DNA of 64,000 nucleotides from Eledone cirrhosa (lineage: Eukaryota): positions 59,024,001 through 59,088,000 of the forward strand of contig OZ024742.1 in NCBI GenBank assembly GCA_964016885.1. Reading direction: 5' to 3'. The notes below the pieces were generated by a model, which saw only the letters and a list, made by a program, of their open reading frames with translations, was not told the DNA's origin and ran no database searches. The position numbers and the translations under genes are program-made. Positions within the stretch are counted from its first letter, which is position 1, and every line of letters begins with the position of its first letter. Of the stretch, positions 40,300-54,718 are shown in pieces.

Positions 40300-42525
40300 A
40301 TGCAATAGTATCTGGTATTGACTTCCTTAACCACCAACACTTTCCACTTTATCATATAGATCGACTTGGACTTGCCTGGTTCGTGGGCTTCTTTGGCTTT
40401 TGGCAGTCACAATTTGTAGGTAACTAGATGGTGATCAGTTGACAGCTCAGTCCCCCTCTTAACATGAATATCCATCACAGAATCGAAGTCATCAGAGACA
40501 ATGATAAAATCAATTAATGATATCTGTCCCTGATTATACCTTGTATATTTATTGATGTCTCTGTGCTGGAAATAGGTGTTCATAATAGGGAGTCCATTGC
40601 TAGAACAGAAGTCTAATAAGGCCTCTTCAATAACTGCTTTCCATGTCAGGTGATCAGTGCCAACGTTTGCATTGAAGTCTCATTAGGATATATGACTCAG
40701 TCTTAGCTACATCTAACGCTGCAATCACTTCATCAAGGGAGGATTTGTATTCAGACTCCTTTTGTGCATAAACTTGCACCAGCTTCAAGTGGCAAATCTT
40801 CCCTCATAATGGAATCGGGAGTGTTCTGCTCATCAGTTTCTGCTTCAGTTGTTAAATGCTGCGGGCGAAAGAGGCTTGGTGTGCCGCTGGATGGCAGGAG
40901 GACTCCTTGATGCAATCAAGAGGTCAAATATGCTGTCTGAGCAAAGAAAGAGGCCTACAAAGCTTAACTTGGAAATATGTCATCATTCTTGCACTTGTGG
41001 TACAATAAAGCACGGAGAATCGCAGTCGAGATAGTAAGGGTGTTCAAAGTCAAGACTTAAGGGCTTTGGAGTTAAGCTGGAATCCCAGATTAGCAAATAA
41101 AGTGTTCTGGTAGACCATCCACCGACTTCGTAATAAAAAGTCCTCCTCCACACCTGCTATCAACAATGCGTCTGGGCTTCTCCTCTCTTTAGAGAGGTGC
41201 ATCCTCGCGAGGTAGAGAGAATATTTTGTTGATCCCCTAAACCCGACCACAAGAGCATATTCCAATGTACAAGATGTGCATCTGGTAGCGATGACTATTC
41301 TCTTGAAGGCTGTGGTCACATGAGCAAGTAAAGAGCTCAAATGAAGCAAGGCTGCTGGGGAGGATTATGTTCAGCTCGAGATGTTAAACGTCTTAAATAG
41401 AGAAGGTAATTTTTGGCTGACTCGTGTGTACTACGTGACCCGGATCTATGGAAATTGGGAGTGATAATCCCAAACTTCAAAAAGAGAGACAAGAGAAATT
41501 GCTCCAATTATAGAGGGATCTCCTTGTTAAGCCTCCCGGTAAAGTCTATACTATGTGTCTGACAAAGAAATGTAGGGAGATTGTCGAGTCAAAGCATAAA
41601 CAGTCCGGTTTTCGCACTCCCATAAAGGTGTGAACTCTCACGACACTGGTTCATAATCTTCATGAACAAGATTGACATGTACAGCTATGTTGGAAGTGGT
41701 ATCACGATTGGCGGGTGTAAAATCAGTCGACTTAAATTTGCAGACGATATGGTATTACCTAACTCAACAGAAAATGATCTCCGACTTGCCCATGATACTT
41801 TTCATACCGAGTGCTGCATGGCTAAAATGAAAATCTGTGCTGCGAAAACTGAGACACTCGTTCTATCAAGGAAGCAAGCGCAGTGCACACTATATGTGAA
41901 TGGAACTCCACTGAAGCAGGTGGAGAACTTCAAGTATCTCGTGTTCACGAGTGGTGGAAGGCAGGAAGCTGCATTGTGTGCAAGAATTGCAGTAGTTGGT
42001 GTAGTAATGCCCCAGCTTCATCATTCATTAATCAGTAGAAAAGAGGTAGGTGTAAAAGCCAAGCTCGCTATCTTGAATACGGTTTTCGTGTCAACCCTTA
42101 CCTGTGGTCATGAATCTTGGGTAATGACTAAAAGAATACGATCGCGAATACAAGCGGTCGAAATGGGGTTCCTCTGAAGTGTTTTTAGAGTAGTGTTACT
42201 CCATAAAGTGTGTAGCTCGGATATCAGAGAGTCGCCCTAAGTAGAGCCGCTACTTCTCCGAATTGAGAGATCACAGCTCTGCTACTATGGGAATATCGTT
42301 AGAATGCTTCAAGAAAGAATAGCTAGACAGACTATATAGGCAAAACCAACCAGCAGGAGACCCAGGCGTAGACCCTGAGCAAGATGGTTGGAGCTTGGCT
42401 TGTCTCGCTTGGGGATTCAGCCGGATCAATTGGAAACGGTTACATCTGACAGGACCCACTGGAATAAGTGTTTGAGTATGTGCTCCCGTGACCCCTTCAG
42501 GAATAAGTTGACGAAGAAGAAGAAG
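40300..42525 (+). mobile_element. RTE-like LINE remnant with inverted 5' part
   Basis: 40830-42525 is RT on the plus strand (NYRGISLLS, LKFADDMV). 40380-40810 is endonuclease on the minus strand (DFNANVG, IDFIIVS, SDHHLV). Confidence 0.75.
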
Positions 42526-43080
42526 ATTATATAACAAAAAGGGCCAGGTAGACCTGGAAACGAAGTCACACCCATCCACACACACGCACACATTTATATA
42601 TATAAATATAGACTCAAGGGCCTACATTTTCATATAAAACATTATCAAAATTGATTTGATTCGCAACACCAGACCTAGAATTATTTCTGTGGCTTAATGG
42701 TTAAAGACGAAAATAAATATATTATATATTGTTAAGAGGTTCACTTGGCAATCATTAGTTTCTGGATTGGATCTTACAGCGTGGCACCTTGGGCATGTGT
42801 CATGTACCATTGACCCGTGGCCTGGGAGTAAAATTGAAAAGACGAAAACTGTTTGAACGGCCGTTGGATGGACTGTAATTCAGCCCTGTCATACAGTGTG
42901 CTATGCTGAATCTCCCTGAGGATTATATTGAGTGTACACGTCTCCGTGGAATGCTTAGTTCCTAATATGTTAGTTTATCAGCAGGCCGTTCCATTGATCT
43001 AAAAATGGGAACATTCATCGACGAGATCAACCGATGTTCATCATATATATATATAATATAATATTATATATATATATATA

Positions 43081-43260
43081 TAAATGGCTTCTACAGGACT
43101 AGAACTGTTTCATTCGAAGGAAATCATCAGAAAAGCCTGATGATATCCTTCGAATGAAACAGTTCTAGTCCTGTAGAAGCCATTTCTATATTAAATATTT
43201 ATACTCTGCTATGTATTGAGTACCTTACTTACTGTGGTTACCCCCGATTGAACCCTGGAT
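43081..43260 (+). mobile_element. Fold-back insert of two head-to-head HHRs plus a tail
   Basis: TCATCAG at 43124 and CTGATGA at 43137. Each arm reads ..GAAA-CAG..CTG-TA-GAAGC. Confidence 0.8.
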
Positions 43261-43322
<62 letters not shown>

Positions 43323-43681
43323 CAGTGTGTGTATGCATGTAAGTGTGTATCACATTTATTACATTTCAAACATTCTAATATAGTAAATGATAAATAAATA
43401 TATAGGAACGTCTCAAGCTAAAATATTTATGAACTCTGGGAGTAGTTAGATAATAAGTCAGTGAAAATCCATTGAAGCATGATATTGTCGAAGCCGTCAA
43501 GCCGTGACTATATTATATATAACAATATATAGCATTGTTGTCAAGTAATGATGTAGTGTATTGAAACTGTCTTACTGTGTTTAGCGACTAAACATTAAAA
43601 GGTAACCCTTAGACGACAGAGGATTCTTTGTACGTTCTGTGGTTCTGTGGTGTGAAAACATAACTGTTAAAAGATAGAATG

Positions 43682-43853
<172 letters not shown>

Positions 43854-43869
43854 TATATATATATATATA

Positions 43870-44082
43870 TATTTCGTTTCTGAATTTGTTTAGCAAGATT
43901 CTTTATCTGAAATCGTGTGTTGAAACCGATATTGTTATATTATCTGGTTGTGGAACCAACCAACCAACCAGAAATTTATAAATTTATAAATTTATTATAA
44001 ATTTATTATAATAAATTGAAGTGAAAGCAACTGGTGCGTGTGTTTCTTATTGGCAACATGACCCTCCTTAAGTATAACAATA
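43870..44082. repeat. Family F fragments in opposite orientations
   Basis: Homologous to 18440-18620, 54835-54920 and, more distantly, 345-415 and 3810-3856. Confidence 0.7.
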
Positions 44083-44253
44083 TATATATATATATAATCA
44101 TTATATATATATATATATAATCATTATATATATATAAATAAATATACACGGGTATGTATGATTGAGTATAGTCGCTTTTCACTGTATATAAGGCACATAA
44201 TTTACCCATCTCATTACAGTTGAAAATTGCAAACTTGACTGTCACACAGAATA

Positions 44254-44292
44254 TGAACCTGAAGATTGCGAAAGCATGAAAGTACTTGTTCA
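44254..44292 (+). ncRNA. 39-nt minimal hammerhead (U-U variant)
   Basis: TGAAC-CTGAAGA-T-TGC gaaa GCA-T-GAAA-GTAC-TT-GTTCA. Confidence 0.8.
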
Positions 44293-44404
44293 ATTAACAC
44301 TTAACATTTAATATTCTACCATACTATTTCATTCTAATACCATTATACATTTTAAAGGATTGTAAATAAAACGAGTAAATCAGGAAAAGTTGGAATTCCT
44401 TTTA

Positions 44405-44602
44405 GGTAGGGGGCTATGAAGGTGCATAATGACCTGAGTAAGGAAAGTTACAAAAAAATAATATTAAAAAATAAATTTTATTAATGTATTTTTATAAATG
44501 TATTCTATCTTTATATTTGTATTTTATCTTTGTATCCTGCTTTTATTATTTTTTTGTAACTTTCCTTACTCAGGTCATTATGCACCTTCATAGTCCCCTA
44601 CC
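44405..44602. repeat. ~60-bp inverted repeat with an 80-bp spacer
   Basis: GGTAGGGGGCTATGAAGGTGCATAATGACC.. mirrored at 44545-44602. Confidence 0.8.
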
Positions 44603-45684
44603 CACCTAAGAACCACACTACTTATAACCCGGACTAACTGGGACTTTAACATAATGTTTGTCTATTTGCACTTTTTATTGGGTTGCTACCTTCGACTTGT
44701 GTGGTGGCTTTTCCCGGCTGCGCGCTGGGCACTCGGAAAGTTCAGCCTTCCTTGAGTGCTCGGAAAAATAAATTTCTCCTCTTTCGGTAAACGAAATTAC
44801 TCGGAGTGGTTGCTTTGCCCCGGTCCCACCGCGCCGCCTGTTTTGGCCACCATATTATACTTATACCTATAAACTCCAGGTTTAGGCATAACTATTAGCT
44901 GTACCATGCCTCTACTGGCACGTAAATAAACCCCTCATGTGTGATTTAATAATATTCGTTTGGTATAGACGATGGCCTGTCGAAATTGTGGGGTTCTCGC
45001 TGGCGCTCCTGGGGCCTAAGGTAGCTACGTTCCTAGAGTACTCGGAAAAATTAATTTCCATTTCTTTCGCTGGACGATACCACTCGAGACTGGCTGACTC
45101 ATGGTGGGGGTGGGGGCGGGGTGGGGTGGGTGCTGGCTGGGACTCGCAATCGAAATCTTTACTCTATATCCCATCCTAATATCTTATCGAGATAAAGAAT
45201 TTTCATATAAGACTCTCTCCGTAAGTTCATTAAATAAATCTCGCTACCTTAACCTTTAATTTTCTAATAACTTATTTTTCAATTTATCATTTTGCAATTT
45301 AATATTTTTAATTTAATTTAATTTCATCCTATAACTCGCAACATAAGTTTAACGTTCCAATCTTCGGTTCACACATTAGACCATACAGACACCCATTATA
45401 GATTCTTTGGAGTAGCATTTTTTCGCGGCATTTTCTAGCATGAATGTAGTGTGACCCTTACGCTGACTTCTTTCTCCCTTTCTTTCTTTCTTCCCCTTTT
45501 TCTTTGGCGGAGAGGTGGTAGTGCATTATAAGCCTTCGCCCCCTCACCAGATGGTCATTAGTAGATTCAGTTGCCATCACTTTGAGGGCGAGATAAAGGC
45601 AGATAGTTGGTCAGTCGTCCTCTTTGTCTCTGTCTCTGATTTTTCGGATCCATGGTTTTTTACATATTCCTTTGTTATATTCCA

Positions 45685-45742
45685 ATACCTGATGATATCA
45701 CCGGATTCATATGGAACCCGGTCATTGAAATGATCATAGTAT
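45685..45742 (+). ncRNA. Type I hammerhead (U-U variant)
   Basis: ATAC-CTGATGA-T-ATCACCGG..CCGGTCAT-T-GAAA-TGATCA-TA-GTAT. Confidence 0.8.
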
Positions 45743-45785
45743 AAGGATTTACACGAGTCCAGCCTCCTGTTATTTTATTTTATGC

Positions 45786-45857
<72 letters not shown>

Positions 45858-45860
45858 GTA

Positions 45861-45926
<66 letters not shown>

Positions 45927-45943
45927 TATATGTATATATATAA

Positions 45944-46473
<530 letters not shown>

Positions 46474-46524
46474 GTACATATGTATATATGTGTATTTTTT
46501 CTCTCTCTCTCTGCCTCTCTCTCT

Positions 46525-46566
<42 letters not shown>

Positions 46567-46644
46567 TGATGAGTAGAACAAACAAACATTAAACAATCCT
46601 TTAAATAAATTAAAAAATAATTTAAATATCTACCTGCTCATAAT

Positions 46645-46723
46645 GCTATTACCGGCGGTTTCCATCCACAAAAGATTGGAAATTCGGAGAATTTCCAACG
46701 GAAAGTAGATTTCATCAGATAGC
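46645..46723 (-). ncRNA. Type I hammerhead downstream of a possible degenerate PLE C-terminus
   Basis: Minus strand GCTAT-CTGATGA-A-ATCTAC..GTGGAT-G-GAAA-CCGCCGG-TA-ATAGC. Confidence 0.75.
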
Positions 46724-47200
46724 TATTTCCTTTCTATAGGACATACGTCCCATGGTCCGCAAATATAATGCTAACTACCATATATTCTTTATTGTATATT
46801 TACTTTGTTATCTCTATGTAATTTCAGGGGTGTCTATTTTATTTTCATATTCCCATACTCGTTTTGCTTACATTATCGATCCCGTCTGCATTTAAACGAT
46901 TTTTTAAATACCACAGGACCGTGTTTAATTATCTTCTTAGATATCGTGATCCCAAATAGACTAGCACTATTGTCGACAGGGAGTGAAACTGTGTCAGTGT
47001 AGCTGGATAGCTGATGACCAGGGTTTGTTTCTGTCCGCTCCATATCACTAACTTTGAGTTGTTTATGTATTTATTTTGTTTATTATTTGTCGTTCCTGTA
47101 CTTCTGTCTATTTTCCATCGTATCTATTCCCAACGTCACAATTATAACACTCACACATACACACACATGTACACACAAGCACGCAGACACTCAAGCACGT

Positions 47201-47302
<102 letters not shown>

Positions 47303-47894
47303 TCATACATATATACATAAATTTATATATGAAAATATATATGTATATATTTATACATAAATGTGAATGAACGTAGACTCGATCACAAGGTCATGCGATC
47401 GACTCAGGGACAAGGAACGTGTAATGTTCTTGAGCAACATATTTAACATTGTTCCATCTGCTTTGAGTTGCGATCGACAGATAGTATCAGCAATGAAAAG
47501 ATCAATGGAAACCTTGTTTACGAGGTCTGATCTGACGATCAGCTCCTTTCATTTATATGTAAGTATGAAGATATACAGCCTTCTCTCTTTTAACGAAAGT
47601 CTATTTAAATTTCCTCCTTCAGGCGTTACCATTTACACAACCTCTCTGCAACATATCTTGTCTTGTCCTATTTCCAATCGTTAGTCTTTTTATTATGCGT
47701 GTGTGTTTGTCTGTGTAGGTGCCAGGGGTGACAACTGGTATTTAAGTTACGACATGCACTATTAGATATCGAAACTGAACAATTGAAGTAGACTACATAC
47801 AGCATATACGTTCCAGCTGTCTCTCATAAAAAAAAAAATATATATATATATTTTGTATTAAAATCTGCAGTCATTCAGGAGCCGTCATTGATAA

Positions 47895-47980
<86 letters not shown>

Positions 47981-48867
47981 CGAGGTGTGTCAGAAAAGTT
48001 CCAGGACTGATGTCACAAAAGATTTATTTCAAACCCAAACTTCACACTAAGAGTTTTCTCCTTCAAAGTAATCCCGCTGGAGTCTAATGTACTTTTCCAT
48101 CCTTTTCTGCCACGCTTACATGCACTCCTGGAAGGATTCTTCCGGGATCTTCCGCAGTTCCGTCGTCACGGCCTTTTTGATGTCGTCCACGTCTTCAAAA
48201 CGGGTCGCCTCCGAATCGTACTCGAAGATCCATGACTCATCACCGGTGATGACTGTCCCTAGCAAGTCTGGTTCGGTTTCAAGACGCTCGAGGATGTCCT
48301 GGCACACTTGCATGCGTCGACCCTTCTGGTCATCGTTCAGCAGTTTTGGCACCATCTTCGCGCAGACTTTCCGCATGTCCAAATCTTCAGTGAGAATCTT
48401 CCAGACGCTGTCCCGATTCATGCCCAGCTCATTTGCCATCAGTCGAGCAGTCAGCCGACGAGCGCTACGCACCATCTGACTGACGCGCTCAATGTTGACC
48501 TCAGTCCGGGTTGTTGAGGGCCTTCCGCTTCTGGGATCATCTTCCACGTCCTCGCGTCCTTCTTTAAACCTCTTGCACCACTCAAAACACGTGACATCGT
48601 ATCATCTCCATACACTTGCTGCAGCAATCCCAGTGCTTCTGATGGAGTTTTCAAATTTGTTCGTTGCTCTGTGCTCATTGCTTGACGACCTGAAACAGAG
48701 GACATGTATATAAAATTATGAAGAAAAAAGTTTCATCGCTGCAGAGAGCTAAGATTACAGTTACATACTCCAGGGGGATTACTTTGAAGGAGAAAACTCT
48801 TAGTGTGAAATTTGGGTTTGAAATAAATCTTTTGTGATGATGTCCTGGAACTTTTCTGCCATACCTC

Positions 48868-48868
<1 letters not shown>
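47981..48868 (-). mobile_element. Internally deleted mariner with ~100-bp inverted ends, in TA
   Basis: EDDPRSGRPS, KVCAKMVPKLL, ITGDESWIFEYD. The rest of the DDD domain is deleted. TA|CGAGG...CCTCG|TA ends. Confidence 0.92.
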
Positions 48869-48944
<76 letters not shown>

Positions 48945-48947
<3 letters not shown>

Positions 48948-49399
48948 TAATTAAATAATGAATAAACAAAGAAACAGTTCCTTATATTAAAAAAATTCAT
49001 CATTTTACGATCGTTTCTAGGATATATATGTGTTAGTGTTGGTATGCATATTCTATAGATCTATGTACAATATTTATACAAACTATCAGAGGGAATATAC
49101 ATACCTACACATATATATGCTGTACATAGATCTATATGCTGTACATAGATCTATAGAATATGCATACCAACTTTAACACATATATATCCTAGAAACGATC
49201 GTAAAATGATGAATTTTTTTTAATATAAGGAACTGTTTCTTTGTTTATTCATTATTTTATTAATTTATCTTGACTCTGTTTTCTGTTTATTTTTCACCGA
49301 AAGTAGTTTTTGAATGCATCTTCTCTTTTCATGATATCCGGATTACATTGACTTCTTCATACGGATTGGACACTACCGTAAACTTTTGGTAGATGTATC

Positions 49400-49402
<3 letters not shown>
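48945..49402 (+). mobile_element. Fold-back insert in (TA)n with HHR 3' half
   Basis: 48945-49069 is inverted at 49140-49266. GAAA-CGATCG-TA at 49192. Confidence 0.75.
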
Positions 49403-49461
<59 letters not shown>

Positions 49462-49534
49462 TATATATAAACAGGGAGACCCAAAGCAGGCTTTGTTTAC
49501 AAACAGCTAGCGAATTTAAAATTTAGGTAGTAAT

Positions 49535-49928
49535 ATGTGCTTACGCCGTATTTTACTAAATAAAATTAGTCTGTTAGCTGGGATGTTTTTAAAAACCCTC
49601 TGAAAGGTAAAAAAGATGAGTATTGACGTACATTGAGGGAGTTCAAAGATGTGTGCCTGTGTCCCATGTACCTCAATACTCATCCTTTGTGTCTCCCTAT
49701 TTATATACATATATATATATATCTACTATGGTTATATAGCTTCTAATTGAAGGGAAGGAAGTATAAGTGGCGTGTTGGCGTAATGGTAACACATTAATGC
49801 AGGAAACAAAATGTGTGGGTTCGTGTTCCATGTACGTCAATACTTGTCCTTTTTTCCATTCAGAGGGTTTAAAAAAGACCCCCAACTAACAGACTAATTC
49901 GATTTAGTCAAATATGGCATAAGCACAT
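49535..49928. repeat. Diverged ~100-bp inverted repeat
   Basis: 49535-49633 versus 49828-49928. Confidence 0.65.
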
Positions 49929-50254
49929 TCTACTATATATATATACATATATATACATGCATGCACACATGAATATGTATATATAAATAACTGCTTCTAC
50001 TTTTGGCACAAGGCCAGCAATTATCCCAATGCATTACTGGTGCTATTTTATCGACCCCGTAAGGATGAAAGGCAAAATTTAAGAAGTATTGATGAGGTGT
50101 CAAATTTTCATTAAGTTCATTCAGGTGTGACGCGCGTTTTGCGATTGATTAGCTCAAGGTTCGATCTCTATCGATCGGGCCTAACTCTGGAATCAAAAGC
50201 TCATCAGACTTCTGTTTGCTTAATGACTTAATGAACATTTGACACCTCATCCAC

Positions 50255-51013
50255 GGCGTAGGTGAATTGGCAGTATCGGCAGAGGGGTGGACGCCATGCT
50301 TTCTAGCATAGTTACGTCCCTTTACGGTCTGTGTTCAAATCCCGCCGAGGTTAACTTTACCTTTCATCCTTACGGGGTTGATAAAATAAAGTACCAGTAA
50401 TGCACTGTGTAATTGCTGGCCTTGTGCCAAAAGTAGAAACAATTATTAATATTAATATTATCATTATTAATCAGGGCGGTGAATTGGCAGTATCGGCAGA
50501 GGGGTGGACGCCATGCTTTCTAGCATAGTTATGTCCCTTTACGGTCTGAGTTAAAATCCCGTCGAGGTTAACTTTGCCTTTCATCCTTACGGGGTCGATA
50601 AATAAAGTACCAGTAATGTACTGGGTAATTTGCTGGCCTTGTGCCAAAAGTAGAAACAATTATTAATATTACACTCTGCTTAGTACAACTCCAAAGTACA
50701 TACTGAAGACTACGTATCGAGTGTTGAATTTGGTGAACCAACAGTAACTTGACGTTACAATCCCCAAACTATATATATTGGACAATTTGTGAAATCCTTG
50801 GTACAGTTAAGTATATTTGAAAAAAGGAAAATAATGTTTCTACTTTAGGCACAAGGCCAACAATTATCCCATTGCATTACTGGTACTTTATTTTATCGAC
50901 CCCGTAAGGATGAAAGGCAAAGTTAACCTCGGCGGGATTTGAACTCAGATCATAAAGGGCCATAACTCTATGCTACAAAGCATGCTATCCGACGCTCTAC
51001 CGAGTCTGCCAAC
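50255..51013. mobile_element. Three SINE A copies (50255-50447 +, 50474-50663 +, 50835-51013 -)
   Basis: A box TGGCAGTATCGG, B box GTTCAAATCCC. Confidence 0.85.
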
Positions 51014-51294
51014 CCAATGACTTCACTGGTAGTTCTAAACAATTTAATTTTATAATATAATTTTACAATTTGATTTTGTAGATCTAGTAAGTTCTTTGTT
51101 AACTTCGGTGGGGAGATTTTAAAAGATTCCTCGTTAACTTTCCTGGAGAACCTTCTCGCATTCGTCGGTGGCGATTGTCAAACTGAGATCAGGTTATGTG
51201 ACTCTATATATAAGAGAGATTTGGGTGTGTCTGGGAGGGAGTTGTTAATGAGTGTGGGAGTGATGAATGTTGATGAAGATTTAAAGGAATTAAA

Positions 51295-51373
<79 letters not shown>

Positions 51374-51378
<5 letters not shown>

Positions 51379-52020
51379 CAATTTAAAAAAATATGATCAA
51401 CACTAATGTGTTTTTTTTTTTTTTTTTTTTTTTGTGCAAAATGACAACAATTTTTTAGCCAGATAGGAATACCTTAATTCAAGTACATATAGTCCGCCTG
51501 TATCGATCTAGAAAATATTAAATATTAAATCTATACTTACAGACGTAAAATGGCAACTGCCTGGTGCCTAGACAAATTTAAATTTCAAAATTCAAACCTT
51601 TTCAGCAGATCGGGCGGAACGTCAAAACATAAACCTGTTTCACAAGGGATGGTATACTAATGAAATAATTAATTAATTACGGAACAACTATTTATAAAAT
51701 AATTATTAGTGAAGTAATCAATTTTCTGTGATCTTCAGTAGGCACCCAGAAATTAAAATCACTTCTCCTAAGATAATAATCTTAAGACTGATCTGTCGCA
51801 AGCCTAATACATGTGCTTTTGCACACGACCTACTCAGCATTCTGTCTCATATCCATGGCGCTAGAAATAACAGCCGTAAATATGTGATTATGAATTCAGC
51901 TCTACCGGAGGAGCAGATTAATTTCAGTTTAGTAGTTAGTCAATTACAAATATTAAGCTCTAAGAAAATACTTCTGAGCATTACATTACAATTTAAAAAA
52001 ATATGATCAACACTAATGTG

Positions 52021-52051
<31 letters not shown>

Positions 52052-52350
52052 AAAATGACAATAATTTTTTAGCCAGATAGAAATACCTTAATTTAAGTAC
52101 ATATAGTCCGCCTGTATCGATCTAGAAAATATTAAATATTAAATCTATAATATTTAATATTTTCTAGATCGATACAGGCGGACTATATGTACTTGAATTA
52201 AGGTATTTCTATCTGGCTAAAAAATTATTGTCATTTTGCAAAAAAAACAACAAAAAAACACATTAGTGTTGATCATATTTTTTTAAATTGTAATGTAATG
52301 CTCAGAAGTATTTTCTTAGAGCTTAATATTTGTAATTGACTACTAAACTG

Positions 52351-52353
<3 letters not shown>
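51374..52353. mobile_element. ~610-bp unit with partial tandem and inverted copy in (TA)n
   Basis: 51374-51534 repeats at 51985-52148. 51921-52141 is inverted at 52149-52353. Confidence 0.8.
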
Positions 52354-52397
<44 letters not shown>

Positions 52398-52402
52398 TAT
52401 AT

Positions 52403-52577
52403 ATAGGAACGAGTAGGACCTTGACGGCTGAGCTCTAGCCGTTTCGAGCATAGTCGAAACGTCTTGAGCTCAGCCGTCGGGGTCCTACTCGTTCCTATTA
52501 CCCACTCTACTACCCTAAGTATTGAGTACTTTGGTGCGTTATGGTCCACCTGCTTCCTTACCACATTTCCTTCGTTA
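52403..52577 (+). mobile_element. Fold-back mini-element, family G
   Basis: Same arm end and tail as the 15028 copy. Confidence 0.8.
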
Positions 52578-52617
52578 TATATATATATATATATACACAA
52601 GAGCTGAAAAAAAATAA

Positions 52618-52797
52618 TTGTTTCTACGTTAGGCACAAGGCCAGCAATTACCCAGTGCATTACTGGTACTTTATTTTATCGACCCCGTAAGGATGAAAGG
52701 CAAAGTCAACCTCGGCGGGATTTGAACTCAGATCGTAAAGGGGCGTAACTATGCTGGAAAGCATGGCGTCCGACCCTCTACCGATACTGCCAATCCT
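52618..52797 (-). mobile_element. SINE A
   Basis: Near-consensus copy. Confidence 0.85.
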
Positions 52798-53288
52798 AAA
52801 AAATAATGAATGGTAAAAGCAAGATAATTAATTGAGAGTGGAGTTGGGAGGTTTTGGGGTGTTTAAGGTTTTTTTTAGCAAGGGCTTGTGAAAGTGTCCT
52901 CCTGCTAGTTCCATTTCAATAGACGACCTTTGGTGAATAAAATATAATGGCCAGTTGCTTTTCAAATTCTTTTCTTATAGCTGAATTAACTATCTTCAAT
53001 TTATAAAGAAAACTTTCAACAATTATCTGTATTAAAGATGAATTTGGGTGTGTGTCTGAGCGGGTAGGGGGTTAATGAGGTGTAAGATACATGTCTAAAT
53101 GAAATTGTTTAGAAGTGAAGTTATTCTTTTCCTTTTTCCAAATATCTATATATATGGACACACGTATATATATATTCATATATATTCATACATAAATAAC
53201 TTCTTTTCACACATATATATGTTTGCGTGTGTGTATGTGCCTTTCTACTAGTATGTGAGTGTGTTTGCATGTGTGAATGTATGTGTGT

Positions 53289-53379
<91 letters not shown>

Positions 53380-53834
53380 TGTGTGTAGTGGGAATTACAC
53401 TGTGTTACCAAACTCACGATATTCTACTGATAAGTGCTTCTAAACGTATGGTGTAATATCTTCATTACAAAATCCCTGGGCTTTTACCACAATCACAGTA
53501 TATCAATCAGATGTTACTGTTATATGACATCTTTTCCAGTGAAACTTTTCCTGTAACCAAAGTATCCCCAAACTTACTTATCTACATTTGCCCTTCTCCA
53601 TTAAAAAAACAAAATACTCAAAACCCAGTCTATTTCCCTTGTATAACTTTCTTAAATCTGTCGCCATTAACATTTATGTCGACGTAACCAACTCCAGGAA
53701 ACTGTTATTTTAAGGAAGCGATTAATTGTGGTGTGTTAATACATACATACACATATATGTGTGTATATGTGTGCGTGAGTGTTTGTGTGTGTGTGCGTGT
53801 ATCTATATATTATAAACGTGTATCCATATAAATG

Positions 53835-53894
<60 letters not shown>

Positions 53895-54652
53895 ATACGT
53901 ACAGATATATTCATACCCATACATACAACATAACATACGTACATACACATATACACACACACATTCATAGATATAGATATGCACGTAGATACATATATAT
54001 ACATGCAAACATACACACACATACATGTATGTGCTGGTGTCTATACACATCCCTTGGTTCCTTTTATAGGAAGGGGCCAGACTAATCATAGTCACGATAT
54101 AAGAAGGAAGAAAATATAGGAACTGCTTTAAGTGGAGGACACGTTTTCCTTTTTTCTCTCTTTCCTCATTGGAAACTGGGTTAGCCACACATATAGAGAT
54201 GGGGAGATAGAAAGATAGATATAGCCAGACACACTTAAGTACATTCATACATACATACATATATACATACATACATACATACGTATGTACTGACATGCAC
54301 ATATATACAGTCCTACATACACACTTACATGAGGATTGCAGCGTCTTCACAAACGATTACCGTCTTTTATTCATTCTTCATTGTCCCCCTATCTGTGCCC
54401 ATGACTTATACAGACATAACGTTATCATATACTTCGGCTGTTAGCGCACATCTTGATATATATAGTAAATAATTACCAACACGAGCGCTAATTATATGCA
54501 AATTATACGTCCAATTCAGAATAATTGTTTCTACTTCAGCACGAGGCCAGCAATTACTGGTACTTTATTTTATCGACTCCGTAAGGATGAAAGGCAAAGT
54601 TAACCTCAGCGGGATTTAAACTCCAACCTTAAAGAGCCGAATATATATATCC

Positions 54653-54718
<66 letters not shown>

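Noticed and set aside
47367-47684. 105-aa ORF with an internal GTAAGT
   Set aside because: No recognisable domain and no good splice acceptor.
50255-50350. tRNA gene
   Set aside because: The A and B boxes belong to a multicopy SINE head, with no intact cloverleaf.
51060-53120. Possible very old PLE RT fragments (51060-51290, 52800-53120)
   Set aside because: Peptide resemblance is too weak to call by eye.
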